64,000 bases of DNA from Alphaproteobacteria bacterium (GCA_017503725.1 JAFVSL010000011.1:7847-71846); one strand, 5' to 3'. Shown: positions 1-11,846, counted from the first letter of the stretch. The notes: generated by a model from the sequence alone, not told the origin. Numbers and translations are program-made.

Positions 1-144
1 ATGCCACGCAAATTCATCCGCCGAACAAATTTTACGCATACGCAAGTTTTCTAATATTTCATCAAAACTTTGCACGTCACTGTCCAGACCGCTTGCGCGT
101 AATTTGGAATCAATTTCAAAAAACCATTGCCGTGAAAAATCCAT
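1..144 (-). CDS. Hypothetical protein, partial. Start codon at 142-144; the gene runs off the window start.
   Basis: Reverse-strand ATG at 142-144 overlaps the upstream stop (ATGA). The open frame (MDFSRQWFFEIDSKLRASGLDSDVQSFDEILENLRMRKICSADEFAWH...) continues to position 1 with no stop. Confidence 0.35.
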   Translation of the reverse strand, partial: MDFSRQWFFEIDSKLRASGLDSDVQSFDEILENLRMRKICSADEFAWH

Positions 145-434
145 CACGCCGCCCTGTTACCGGCAATTTGTGCCATCTGCATATCATTCATCGCGGCTTT
201 ATCTTTGACGTTTTGTTGTCCACACGCAAATCCGCCTGTTAAGTCTTTTTTCTGCTTGCGCTTTGCGATTGCATCTTGCAGTTGTTTTCTACGCAATTTT
301 TTAAAATCAACATCAGATGCCGAATAACGTTCTGGATTTTTTAATTGTTCATCCAATTCATTGATTTCGCGTTGCCAGACGGCCTCTTGCGAATTATCAA
401 AAACTTTTTCATTATCCGACATCTGACTTTCCAT
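144..434 (-). CDS. Small coiled-coil protein with a DUF465/YdcH-like core
   Basis: 96-aa ORF. The motif VWQREINELDEQLKN...FKKLRRKQLQDAIAKRKQ resembles the DUF465 family. It is translationally coupled to the downstream ORF. Confidence 0.45.
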   Translation of the reverse strand: MESQMSDNEKVFDNSQEAVWQREINELDEQLKNPERYSASDVDFKKLRRKQLQDAIAKRKQKKDLTGGFACGQQNVKDKAAMNDMQMAQIAGNRAA

Positions 435-437
435 TTC

Positions 438-2840
<2,403 letters not shown>

Positions 2841-2912
2841 TTATCCTTTCGCTTTTTTCAGTGTAAAACATAGCAATTTCTGGTATAATTATCAAGAAAA
2901 AAGGGGATTTTT

Positions 2913-3482
2913 ATGAAGTTTAAATTACTTTATTTTGGTGACATTTTAATCAACCCAAAAAAACGCGCACAACACATTGCAGACATCCGTATGCAGTTTC
3001 ATCCACAACTAAAAAAGCTGGTTGAACACAGCCCGTGGAACAACCTGACCCAGTATATGGTTCCAAACCCAACTAAAAGTCCAATTACCACACGTCACGT
3101 TGGCGGTATTGATTGGAATCCAATTATCACACCAAACTTGAAATTGATTGCGGAACTGGATATTCAAATGTTACATCCCGAAATTGTTGGTGTACCACGT
3201 TCAGATATAGATAACCGTGTTAAAACAATTATGGATGGCCTGCGTTGTCCACAAAACGAACACGAAATTGGTGCAAATACACCTCGCGACATTGGTCCGA
3301 TTTATACATTGCTGGACGATGACCATTTGATTACAAAATTGTCGGTTAACACCAGCCACTTGTTGGACGCGGGCATATTTGCTGAAAAAATTCAGCGCAC
3401 CCCTGATTCAATCTTTATGATGATTGACGTCAACGTCCGCGTGGCTGAGGGGACACTTGAAAACCTGCCATTTATGGTATAA
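2913..3482 (+). CDS. Hypothetical protein
   Basis: 189-aa ORF with a GGG-rich RBS (aaaaggggatttttATG) and an intrinsic terminator immediately downstream. No recognisable motifs. Confidence 0.45.
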   Translation: MKFKLLYFGDILINPKKRAQHIADIRMQFHPQLKKLVEHSPWNNLTQYMVPNPTKSPITTRHVGGIDWNPIITPNLKLIAELDIQMLHPEIVGVPRSDIDNRVKTIMDGLRCPQNEHEIGANTPRDIGPIYTLLDDDHLITKLSVNTSHLLDAGIFAEKIQRTPDSIFMMIDVNVRVAEGTLENLPFMV

Positions 3483-3483
3483 A

Positions 3484-3512
3484 AAATCCCGCCATCCGGC
3501 GGGATTTTTTTC
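3484..3512. terminator. Intrinsic terminator, bidirectional
   Basis: Hairpin ATCCCGCC-atcc-GGCGGGAT flanked by an A-run and a T-run. Confidence 0.6.
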
Positions 3513-3514
3513 TC

Positions 3515-3588
3515 TGGTGCCCTAAGCAAGAATCGGACTTGCGACTCGTCCTTACCAAGGACGTGTTTTACCACTAGACTATTAGGGC
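3515..3588 (-). tRNA. tRNA-Thr (anticodon GGU), with atypical features
   Basis: Reverse complement is GCCCTAATAGTCTAGTGGTAAAACACGTCCTTGGTAAGGACGAGTCGCAAGTCCGATTCTTGCTTAGGGCACCA. It has a 7-bp acceptor stem, anticodon stem CGTCC/GGACG with loop TTGGTAA, and an encoded CCA. The T-loop reads TCCGATT (C at position 55) and the D-stem has a C-A mismatch. Confidence 0.7.
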
Positions 3589-3647
3589 GATAAAACGTGT
3601 CTTATTATACGGGCATATCTATAAAAATCAAGGATAAAAAACACCCC

Positions 3648-4718
3648 TTATGACAGTGCCGCTGTAATCTGATCTTGCATCTGGAATGTTCCCAAAACCA
3701 CCCACGCAATTATCAAAGACACAAACAAAATCCCCGCACTGTTCATCACATTGGATATAGATTCCATTTTTCGAACAGATTCCGCCAAATAATCATTGGC
3801 AACCTGACTCAGATTTTTATCAAATCCATTCATATCGGCATAAATTGTCAAATCCCCAACAATATCCGCGTCTGGGAATTCGCGCTCTGTCTTATTTAAT
3901 GCAACCCCCAGGTTATCACCATTTGCAATAAAATGCAGCGCACTTTCCAATATAGACCGTAAATATTTATTCGCATTATCGGCCAGCATTCGCATCGCAT
4001 CCGGTATCGTCACACCCGACCCCACCATCGCAGACAACGCCATCATCCAACCAACACCCATATGAATTTTATAAACACTCCACGGGGGGAATTTATCAAA
4101 CACTGCGCGAATACGACCCGACCAATTTGCCAGACTTATCCAACCAATTAAAACCACACCAATAAACACACCAACAATCCACGGCCAATACGCAATTGAA
4201 AAGTCGGACAACGCAATCAAAGAACGCGCCGACCCACGCCACACAATATTATCACCGGCCACATCCGCCAACGGTGGCACCAGATAAATTCCCACCATTA
4301 AAATAATACCAAACGTCAATGCTAATAAAAACAGTGGATACATTATCGCGCCACGCATTGCGCGTGAAATACGTTGCGTACCATCAACCACACGCCCGAC
4401 ATTTTCCAGCGCCAATACCAGGTTTGAAATATTACCACTTGTCACCAACAACGTTTCATTTGGCGGAACCCAGCCACGCGTTGCATCCGAAAAACTCATC
4501 CCGCGTTCCAGATTTTTTTGCCATTGACGCATAACAATTGCGAACGGTTCATTGGGCTTTTTTCCATTTTTAGATTCTATCATTTCAAGACGCCCCAGCG
4601 CATCCATCAACGTAAAATCATTACGCAACAACGACGCCAGTTTTCGACATATCGCCATACGTCGTTCTGTATTTAATCTGAACACCAGTTTTGCATACAG
4701 CATTTCCAGTTTATTCAT
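3648..4718 (-). CDS. Type II secretion / type IV pilus inner-membrane platform protein (GspF/PilC family; R64 PilR / BfpE-like)
   Basis: 356 aa. Cytoplasmic N-domain followed by TM helices (IMYPLFLLALTFGIILMVGIYLVPPL, WPWIVGVFIGVVLIGWISL). The ATG lies 2 nt after the stop of the upstream ATPase gene. Confidence 0.8.
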   Translation of the reverse strand: MNKLEMLYAKLVFRLNTERRMAICRKLASLLRNDFTLMDALGRLEMIESKNGKKPNEPFAIVMRQWQKNLERGMSFSDATRGWVPPNETLLVTSGNISNLVLALENVGRVVDGTQRISRAMRGAIMYPLFLLALTFGIILMVGIYLVPPLADVAGDNIVWRGSARSLIALSDFSIAYWPWIVGVFIGVVLIGWISLANWSGRIRAVFDKFPPWSVYKIHMGVGWMMALSAMVGSGVTIPDAMRMLADNANKYLRSILESALHFIANGDNLGVALNKTEREFPDADIVGDLTIYADMNGFDKNLSQVANDYLAESVRKMESISNVMNSAGILFVSLIIAWVVLGTFQMQDQITAALS

Positions 4719-4719
4719 T

Positions 4720-6354
4720 TTAATACACCCCCGGCTGGTCTAATTGTCCGACCCAACGTTCTAATTCATCAACACCAATAATTCCCTGTAACATTAACGC
4801 GGACGCGGCCTCTTTCAATGTGCGTCCATCCATTTCTTCTAGCCAATAACGCACCGCGCCATCGGTATTCCCAGACAACGCCAGACGTAAAAATTCACTG
4901 TTTGTAATAATAACCTCGCCGGCTTTGATACGCCCCAGTGTACCCGTCCCCTTACAGTGTTCGCAACCCGTACCACGGATATAAACCTGACTCAATCCAA
5001 CATCACCAAACGCATCACGCACACGACGATATGCCGAACGCTGTGGGTTATCAGACAATTTCTGGCGACAATGCGGACACAGTTTTTTAAACAAACGCAT
5101 AGACACCAATCCACGCATCAATGTTTCTTCTTTTAACTTAAATGGTTCAATTCCCAAATCTAATAAACGCGTCAATGCCGCCAACGCCGAATTCGCGTGC
5201 AAGGTTGTCCAAACATTATGCCCCGACAGTGCGCCACGCACCGTCAATTCCGCCGCCGCCAACGTACGAATTTCCCCAACCATTAACGTATCAGGGTCAC
5301 TGCGCAATGCCGCCGCCAGGGCCTCTACATACTTTTCATCACGCTGTTCTTCGTTTGTGGTATTTACCACCGGCATTTGACGTGCCCCAAAAATCTTTTG
5401 TTCAACCGGATTTTCCACCGTAATCATATTGATTTCATAGTTGCGCTCTTTCAACATCATTGACATATTGCGCACCAACGTTGTTGATTTACCAGAACTG
5501 GTTGGGCCCGCAACAATAACCAATCCCGTCGGGAAAGAACGCATACGCGCCAACAAACGCTGTTCATATGGACCAAATTCTTGTTCGGTTTTAATCCCCT
5601 CAGACGGGTTATCATACAGCAATCGCATAACCACATAGCGCGACCCAAATGCAATCGGATTAAATTGCATACGAACACCCAAAACCCCCGCCGGCAAATA
5701 TAAATCTTTGGTCCCACGCAGCGGTGTTCGCCCATCTTTTTGTGCGGATTGATATTCATTCTGGGCATAGTTCGCGTTTGACATATCAGCCGATGCAAAC
5801 GCGGCACGAACAAACGATTCCCCCCACCCTGAATTATATTCCAAGACCGGTTGCATACTGCCGTCGATACGGAAATAAATTGTTGTCTGGTCTGCAACCT
5901 CTATATGAACGTCCGACACCTTTTGCGCCGCGGCCCGTGCGATAATATCAACAAAGTCTTTTTGCATCTGGTTATCGTAATCCTGGCGCGAACGATGCAT
6001 ACCGCCCAATGTCGCCTCATACATTTTATAGATACCAGATATCAATCCTAAATCTGAATAAAACGGTTCGCGCACCACACGCCCGCGTTTTTTAAGCAAA
6101 TCTATAAACGCCAACACACGCCCATCATATTGATGCGTACGTGATACAATAATTTCCCCACCGGAAAAATATGCAATAATTCCCTGGGTATCGCGGGGCA
6201 ATTCAAATTCTGCCCCCGTTGCGGTCAACAGACGATTACCATTTTCAAACAAATAATCAATAATATCCTTTGGGTCAGAATTTTCCAACCCAATCGGCAC
6301 AGATAATTTCACTGTATCATTTTGCGCGCCCAAGATATTATTTTCTTTATCCAT
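4720..6354 (-). CDS. GspE/PilB-family secretion ATPase (type IVb pilus PilQ/BfpD/TcpT-like)
   Basis: Walker A (GPTSSGKSTT), Asp box and Walker B (LMVGEIR), His box (TLHANSA) and a tetracysteine motif (CPHC...CEHC). The ATG at 6354 has a GGGGG RBS; the listed TTG at 6384 is an alternative start. Confidence 0.85.
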   Translation of the reverse strand: MDKENNILGAQNDTVKLSVPIGLENSDPKDIIDYLFENGNRLLTATGAEFELPRDTQGIIAYFSGGEIIVSRTHQYDGRVLAFIDLLKKRGRVVREPFYSDLGLISGIYKMYEATLGGMHRSRQDYDNQMQKDFVDIIARAAAQKVSDVHIEVADQTTIYFRIDGSMQPVLEYNSGWGESFVRAAFASADMSNANYAQNEYQSAQKDGRTPLRGTKDLYLPAGVLGVRMQFNPIAFGSRYVVMRLLYDNPSEGIKTEQEFGPYEQRLLARMRSFPTGLVIVAGPTSSGKSTTLVRNMSMMLKERNYEINMITVENPVEQKIFGARQMPVVNTTNEEQRDEKYVEALAAALRSDPDTLMVGEIRTLAAAELTVRGALSGHNVWTTLHANSALAALTRLLDLGIEPFKLKEETLMRGLVSMRLFKKLCPHCRQKLSDNPQRSAYRRVRDAFGDVGLSQVYIRGTGCEHCKGTGTLGRIKAGEVIITNSEFLRLALSGNTDGAVRYWLEEMDGRTLKEAASALMLQGIIGVDELERWVGQLDQPGVY

Positions 6355-6367
6355 TTGTGCCCCCAAT

Positions 6368-7036
6368 TTATTTAGCGGCCCCAACGTTTAATGTCTGCGT
6401 TGTACCATCCTTTACAAAAACAATTCCTTCGTCCAGGGATATAGATTTTACCGTATACCCATCCAAGTTTTTTCCAACACCAACACGTTTTGTTTGCCCA
6501 CTTGCAACATCTGTGATTGTTGCCTGTAATTGGGCACCAGCACCAATAACATTAACCAGTTTATATTTTTTCGATAAATCAGTTTCTGTTTTTTCCTCTT
6601 CTTTCTGTGAATAAGATTCAGAATAAGATTCCGGTTTTTCTTCTGCCGCCAGCAATTTTTCCTTTTCTCGTTCCAGGCGTGCCGCCTCTGCCTCTAACTT
6701 TGCTTTTTCTGTTTCAATTTGCTGTTGCTGTTGTTCGGCACGTCCCGACAGGGTATCGATTTCCATATGCAGTTTAATTTTTTCCGCCGCCAACCTATCT
6801 AATTCCAAATCCAACTGTGCACGTTCTTTTTCCAGTTGCATTAAAACCTTTTCTTGTTCCAGGTCTGTAATTTGTTGAAACAAAGAACCTTCTACCTGAT
6901 AATCTGCAATTGCATCTGCTGACACCTGTTCAATATCATCGACGACAACCTCGTCTATGACAATATCATCCGCGGCGCGTGCCCCAGATAACACAACACA
7001 CAAACCAATCAAAGCCACTAATATTTTATTTTGCAT
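6368..7036 (-). CDS. Periplasmic coiled-coil protein with a C-terminal PilP/GspC homology-region domain
   Basis: Signal peptide (MQNKILVALIGLCVVLSGARA) and a long heptad-rich, Q/E/K-rich coiled coil. The C-terminus (KLVNVIGAGAQLQATITDVASGQTKRVGVGKNLDGYTVKSISLDEGIVFV) matches the PilP/GspC-HR beta-domain pattern. Confidence 0.55.
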   Translation of the reverse strand: MQNKILVALIGLCVVLSGARAADDIVIDEVVVDDIEQVSADAIADYQVEGSLFQQITDLEQEKVLMQLEKERAQLDLELDRLAAEKIKLHMEIDTLSGRAEQQQQQIETEKAKLEAEAARLEREKEKLLAAEEKPESYSESYSQKEEEKTETDLSKKYKLVNVIGAGAQLQATITDVASGQTKRVGVGKNLDGYTVKSISLDEGIVFVKDGTTQTLNVGAAK

Positions 7037-8288
7037 AGATTATCACCTCATAGTTCCAGATGCGTCTGGCCGCATCCCACGTACAACTTGTCATATAGAC
7101 ACCACCAAAATCCTGAAAGATTTTCATAAACTGCATCGGCACCAGTTTTGATGACGCCGCAATTTCAACAACATTTACCGTCGCCACATCAACACCATTG
7201 GTTAATGTATCGACAACAATATTTGTTTCAATATTTGTATCAATTCCCTGAAAAGAACTTGTAATATCACGAACAATCGTTTCCGCATCGCGTTCATCCT
7301 GGGATGCGATTGTTTCCACCGCCGGTAATTTAGCCTGAACAATCAAATAATCTTCTGACTGTTCTGATACCAATACCCCCGGCATTAAATCAGCCGCAAT
7401 ATTATAAAATTCAGCCAATGTTCCAAAACCACGCTGTAATTCCACATCAACGTGCGTCTCGCCACAGGTTGCCATTACCTGATTCCAACCTGCAATCGGT
7501 TGCATAACAAAACCAATCGCCTGATAACAACTTTGCGCACGCTGAACCGGGTCTGGTAAATTTTCAAATGGCATAACTATCGGTTCTGGCGGCAATGGTT
7601 TTTCAATTTCAAATTGTGCGTCCAATTCTTTATTTTTTTCTTCAATTTGTCGCTTATATTCCGCAACTAATTCTGGATTAACATCCGCCACCTGGGGACG
7701 TGGCGACAGCATCTGCCCAATCGGTTCACGCAAAAAATAAAGCATCAAAACAACAAACGCCGCCAACATTAAAACGGCGGTCATACGCGACCCAAAACGA
7801 CTTATTGTATGTAAAACCGCGTGTGTTCCCGACCCTATTACATCATAAAGCGTACGTTCAATCGCACGTGGCATTCCCCACGCACCCGGTGCAATCAACG
7901 CCCCCCAATCCGGAATTTGTGATAATTTAACATATTCTTCGCGGGCCGCCACCTCTGTATCAAAAACCTTGTCTTCCAGAATAACACCATTACGCACCGC
8001 AATAACAACATAACGTTTATCCGTTGCAAACGCCCCCAGGAACGACGTATATTCCGCCATAGATTCCATAACCTGGGCGGCGATTGATGGCATACCCGCA
8101 CGATGTCCAATGCGACGTGCCCCCAACCCAATCATTCCACGATATTCCGTGAACAGATTTAATTTTTTATCAACCGATTTCGCCAGTTTTTTTGCATAAT
8201 TACGCGCAACAAACCCCGCCCCGATTGGCTGCCAAAACAGACCGGTTGCGTACTTTTTATGATGAATTTGAACAACTTGATTAACCAA
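7026..8288 (-). CDS. Bitopic inner-membrane pilus/secretion assembly protein (R64 PilO / BfpC / GspL-like in architecture)
   Basis: 420 aa. Cytoplasmic domain of about 170 aa, a single TM segment (MTAVLMLAAFVVLMLYFL) and a periplasmic domain of about 230 aa. It is the first gene of the O-P-Q-R-ordered module and overlaps the next gene by 11 nt. It has a TTG start. Confidence 0.4.
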   Translation of the reverse strand: MVNQVVQIHHKKYATGLFWQPIGAGFVARNYAKKLAKSVDKKLNLFTEYRGMIGLGARRIGHRAGMPSIAAQVMESMAEYTSFLGAFATDKRYVVIAVRNGVILEDKVFDTEVAAREEYVKLSQIPDWGALIAPGAWGMPRAIERTLYDVIGSGTHAVLHTISRFGSRMTAVLMLAAFVVLMLYFLREPIGQMLSPRPQVADVNPELVAEYKRQIEEKNKELDAQFEIEKPLPPEPIVMPFENLPDPVQRAQSCYQAIGFVMQPIAGWNQVMATCGETHVDVELQRGFGTLAEFYNIAADLMPGVLVSEQSEDYLIVQAKLPAVETIASQDERDAETIVRDITSSFQGIDTNIETNIVVDTLTNGVDVATVNVVEIAASSKLVPMQFMKIFQDFGGVYMTSCTWDAARRIWNYEVIIYAK

Positions 8289-8375
8289 TTTCTCTCTCTA
8301 ACTTGGGCCCTGTTATGAAATTATAACATAAAAATCCCCACCCCCGCAACACTAAAACCATTGTATAAAGTTTTA

Positions 8376-8402
8376 AAAAATCCCCCGTGGGGGAATTTTT
8401 TA
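8376..8402 (-). terminator. Intrinsic terminator
   Basis: Hairpin TCCCCC-gtg-GGGGGA followed by a T-run on the minus strand, immediately after the stop of the lipoprotein gene. Confidence 0.55.
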
Positions 8403-8753
8403 TTTATCCGCTGCGGTCTTTATTCTTTGTGGATTTGGACAATCATACACATTTGCAACCAGGATAAAGGCGCGCTCTGGTCCAAAAATCACCCATTCAT
8501 TTGGACGTGTGCGCTGACTGGTAATCCAATACGCGTTACCGGGGCGCGCCTGGTCAACAATACGATTTTCCATATATCTGCGTGCATCATCCGCATCGTA
8601 AACCGATACTTCTGATTCCAGTTTATACAAATACGTACAACCAATCGGTTCTGCATCCAACTGTACCAGATATTCACTGCCGTTCTCGTTTTTAATCAAC
8701 CCACCACAGGCAGCCAATAATACCAACGCCAACCAAGCAAATATTTTTTTCAT
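8400..8753 (-). CDS. Small lipoprotein, hypothetical
   Basis: 117 aa. Signal peptide with lipobox (LLAAC). Confidence 0.55.
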   Translation of the reverse strand: MKKIFAWLALVLLAACGGLIKNENGSEYLVQLDAEPIGCTYLYKLESEVSVYDADDARRYMENRIVDQARPGNAYWITSQRTRPNEWVIFGPERAFILVANVYDCPNPQRIKTAADK

Positions 8754-8774
8754 CTCTCTTTCCTTTTTTATTTC

Positions 8775-9710
8775 TTATTCAACTATATCATAATTGGACG
8801 GGTCACTGAACAATTTTTTAAGAACGATATTATTCAACGCGTGACTGCCCTTGTATGATTCCAACTTGCCACAAATCATTCCACCCGCGGTAAACATATC
8901 ACCAATCGCATCAATAATTTTATGGCGCACAAATTCATCCGGCCAATTCAGTTCATTTATTGTCCCATCCCCCGCATCATTTAGCGCAATAACATTTGTT
9001 TCATCCGCGCCACGTCCCATCCCCCGCGCCTTTAAATATTCCCATTCAGAATATTTTCCAAACGTGCGCGCACGTGCGATGTTTTTAATAAAATCGTCGA
9101 TTGATTTTTTTGTTCCATTAAAAGAATATTCAAAACTTTGTTTACCTATAATTTTTTCCGTATAGACCAGGGTTGCAACAACATCCAATGATTTCCCATT
9201 ATTTGGACTTAAACTCACAAATCCATCTGCCTTGCGACCTGAAATCTTATTCATAATCCAGATTTGTGCGCGTACAAATAATGGTAATTGTTTTGTTACC
9301 TCGCGTGCATACGCGACGACGGAACGACGTACAATAATCTTTTTCATTTTGTTTTTTGATTGGACCGCATCACTTATTAACTTGTAAAATTCGGCCGCAC
9401 TGCCATCCAGGATTGGTGTCTCGGGTCCATTGATTTCTATAATTGCACTGTCCACACCACACATAAATAACGCCGCCATTAAATGTTCAATCGTCTGAAC
9501 GTGTGCAGAATCTGTTTTTCCAACGGTTGTATTCCGCATTTTTGTTTCACCAACATTATCAAAACGCACCGGTATCAACCCCGTTCCCACCATATCAACA
9601 CGTCGAAAGAAAATTCCCGGTCTGTCCGATGGTTTTATAACCATAGACACCGGTAACCCCGAATGAATCCCACGCCCATTTATTTCTATACTTTTTGTTA
9701 CTGTATTCAT
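8775..9710 (-). CDS. lpxC: UDP-3-O-acyl-N-acetylglucosamine deacetylase
   Basis: The HTIEHLMAALFMCGVDSAIIEINGPETPILDGSAAEFY motif is characteristic of LpxC. The ATG at 9708-9710 overlaps the lpxK stop (ATGA). Confidence 0.9.
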   Translation of the reverse strand: MNTVTKSIEINGRGIHSGLPVSMVIKPSDRPGIFFRRVDMVGTGLIPVRFDNVGETKMRNTTVGKTDSAHVQTIEHLMAALFMCGVDSAIIEINGPETPILDGSAAEFYKLISDAVQSKNKMKKIIVRRSVVAYAREVTKQLPLFVRAQIWIMNKISGRKADGFVSLSPNNGKSLDVVATLVYTEKIIGKQSFEYSFNGTKKSIDDFIKNIARARTFGKYSEWEYLKARGMGRGADETNVIALNDAGDGTINELNWPDEFVRHKIIDAIGDMFTAGGMICGKLESYKGSHALNNIVLKKLFSDPSNYDIVE

Positions 9711-10609
9711 TTTAATTTTTCCCCCAACCAATTCCAAAACGCACCATCTATTTCGGTATCCAGTTTTGCATATTTAATCTTTTCACGTGCATATTCTGGC
9801 AACCGCACCCAGTCTTTTTCAGTTGTAACTAACTTTGCCTTGTGCTTGTCCGCCAATGCAAATAACTTTTTCAAATCTTCTTCTGTATATTGCCAATGGT
9901 CTGCAAAAGACCGCGTTGCCACAACATTGTTTAAACAGCGAAAGAATTTTTTAGGATACCCAATCCCCGCAAACGCCACCAACTTTACCCGCTCATCATA
10001 CGGCGACCGTGTTGTATTTTTTGCAAAGAAAGTTGGAACACCAACCGGCAAACTAAAATTCTTTTTATGTGTTGAATTTTTAATAACAATTATCGCATCC
10101 GCGCGACGTACGGCCCCCTTGGGCTCACGCAGGGGCCCGGCCGGCAATAAAAACCCATTACCATACCCCAACCCTTCATCAAACACCAGAACCGAAACAT
10201 CTTTTTTTATTGATGGATTTTGAAAACCATCATCCATAATAATAGGTGTATTGTCTGATTGTTTATTTAATAAAATAATATTACTTTTTCTGTCACCAAC
10301 GTGCACAACCAATCCATCCCGCGCCAGCATTGTTGCCTCATCCCCCGCATCGGCAAAATCTTTACTTTTTTTATACCCACGCATAACAACCGGCGCATCC
10401 AGACGCGTGGCAATCTGGCGCACGATTGGTGTTTTACCAACCCCGCCCGCTAAAATATTTCCAACACAAATAATCTGACGACGCGATTTCAACGGACGAA
10501 TAGAACGCAACACAAAAACAACACGTCCAATCAAATAGTACACCAATCCAACCGGCAATAAAATAAAAGATAACGGTGTCTTGCGCAAGAACCACCACGG
10601 TGTTTTCAT
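9707..10609 (-). CDS. lpxK: Tetraacyldisaccharide 4'-kinase
   Basis: P-loop GNILAGGVGKTP and an LpxK-like core. The start MKTPWWF at 10609 avoids overlap with the upstream gene. Confidence 0.85.
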   Translation of the reverse strand: MKTPWWFLRKTPLSFILLPVGLVYYLIGRVVFVLRSIRPLKSRRQIICVGNILAGGVGKTPIVRQIATRLDAPVVMRGYKKSKDFADAGDEATMLARDGLVVHVGDRKSNIILLNKQSDNTPIIMDDGFQNPSIKKDVSVLVFDEGLGYGNGFLLPAGPLREPKGAVRRADAIIVIKNSTHKKNFSLPVGVPTFFAKNTTRSPYDERVKLVAFAGIGYPKKFFRCLNNVVATRSFADHWQYTEEDLKKLFALADKHKAKLVTTEKDWVRLPEYAREKIKYAKLDTEIDGAFWNWLGEKLK

Positions 10610-10610
10610 A

Positions 10611-11399
10611 TTATTTACCTTTCTTTTTATTTTTACGCGCATCGCGCATCATTTGTTTAAATTCGCTTGCGGTCATATCCTGTTCAACCATTGGTAAATT
10701 AAATTCCGCATCCAGATCACGAACCTGTTTTACCATAATATCTTCCAGATTTTTACGCACACGTTCAAATTCCTCTGCGGTGGCATTTGGTGCAACAAAC
10801 ATCGGTTTTCCAACCACACATTTTATACGCGAAAAATGTAACGCCAACAGGTATCTATCCCATCTTTTCTGAATCCAAACCCGCGAGGCCGAATAACACA
10901 CCGGAATAATTGGTGCACCCGTCATTTTTGCAAAATAAAGCGCCCCATCTTGAACACGCATTGATGGACCACCGGGCCCATCGGGTGACAAACACAACGC
11001 ATAGTGTCCATCACGCAAAACCCGTACCCCCTGGCGCAGGACGGAAATTCCCCCTTCACTTGTTGAACCATATATAGCCTTTAATCCAAACAGTCGCTGA
11101 ATCTTTGCCATCATACGCCCATCTTTGTGACGACTGGCAATGGCATACCCACGCATTCCCCGCATACGAATAATCGGACTTAACATCATAGAACGTCCGT
11201 GCCAAAACACAAAAATAGCCGGTTTATTACGATATTTTTCAAAGTGTTCCATCCCAACATATTCCTTGCGCGATGTAAAATACACGGTCCACATTGGAAT
11301 CGACATACAAATCGCAATAAACCACTGAATTACCCCACACCCCAGTATTGGATTCCAAAATTTTTTCCACGCTTTTCTGAATTTTTTATTATGTATCAC
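10611..11399 (-). CDS. DUF374 / lysophospholipid-acyltransferase-like protein (lipid A / Kdo neighbourhood)
   Basis: 262 aa. TM N-terminus, then FVFWHGRSMML...LSPDGPGGP, typical of DUF374 proteins found beside lpxK and kdtA. Confidence 0.6.
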   Translation of the reverse strand: MIHNKKFRKAWKKFWNPILGCGVIQWFIAICMSIPMWTVYFTSRKEYVGMEHFEKYRNKPAIFVFWHGRSMMLSPIIRMRGMRGYAIASRHKDGRMMAKIQRLFGLKAIYGSTSEGGISVLRQGVRVLRDGHYALCLSPDGPGGPSMRVQDGALYFAKMTGAPIIPVCYSASRVWIQKRWDRYLLALHFSRIKCVVGKPMFVAPNATAEEFERVRKNLEDIMVKQVRDLDAEFNLPMVEQDMTASEFKQMMRDARKNKKKGK

Positions 11400-11508
11400 A
11401 TTAAATCCTTGTCTTGTTATGGCAGTTTAGCAATAAAAAAGACATAATTCAAGAAATGGCTTGTGATAAAAATCATTAGTCTGTAAAATCAAGCGATTAT
11501 TTTTTTAT

Positions 11509-11536
11509 TTGACTATTACCGAAAATAGTATATAAT
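11509..11536 (+). promoter_or_regulatory. Sigma70-like promoter for tRNA-fMet
   Basis: TTGACT, a 16-nt spacer, then TATAAT, about 20 nt upstream of the tRNA 5' end. Confidence 0.45.
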
Positions 11537-11557
11537 AAGCAGGCTTTTAATCAGTGA

Positions 11558-11624
<67 letters not shown>

Positions 11625-11634
<10 letters not shown>

Positions 11635-11672
11635 GTTAAAATAAAAAATTCACCCATTGTGGTGGATTTTTT
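11625..11672 (+). repeat. Direct repeat copy 1: tRNA-fMet 3' end plus downstream terminator
   Basis: CCCCGCAACCAGTTAAAATAAAAAATTCACCCATTGTGGTGGATTTTTT. It is repeated at 11797-11846 with 2 substitutions. Confidence 0.65.
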
Positions 11673-11796
11673 GTTTTACGTGTGTTGTGTTGGATTTGAA
11701 CCATTGAGGCAAGATGGTTCACAGCCAGCAAAAGGCATACGGCAGTATGCCGGTCAACCATAGGTTGATTTGCGCAGATGGAACGAAGCCAAATCC

Positions 11797-11846
11797 AACC
11801 CCCGCAACCAGTTAAAATAAAAAATCCGCCCATTGTGGTGGATTTT
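11797..11846 (+). repeat. Direct repeat copy 2: tRNA 3'-end-like fragment plus terminator
   Basis: CCCCCGCAACCAGTTAAAATAAAAAATCCGCCCATTGTGGTGGATTTTTTTT. It lies 125 nt downstream of copy 1 and is not attached to a tRNA body. Confidence 0.65.

Noticed and set aside
11673-11810. Possible two-piece (permuted) tmRNA, or a tRNA gene, in the structured insert after tRNA-fMet.
   Set aside because: There is no GGGG 5' acceptor strand, no T-arm hairpin of GGTTCGAATCC type, and no tag-peptide reading frame (ANDN…). The 3' end is simply a copy of the tRNA-fMet 3' end.
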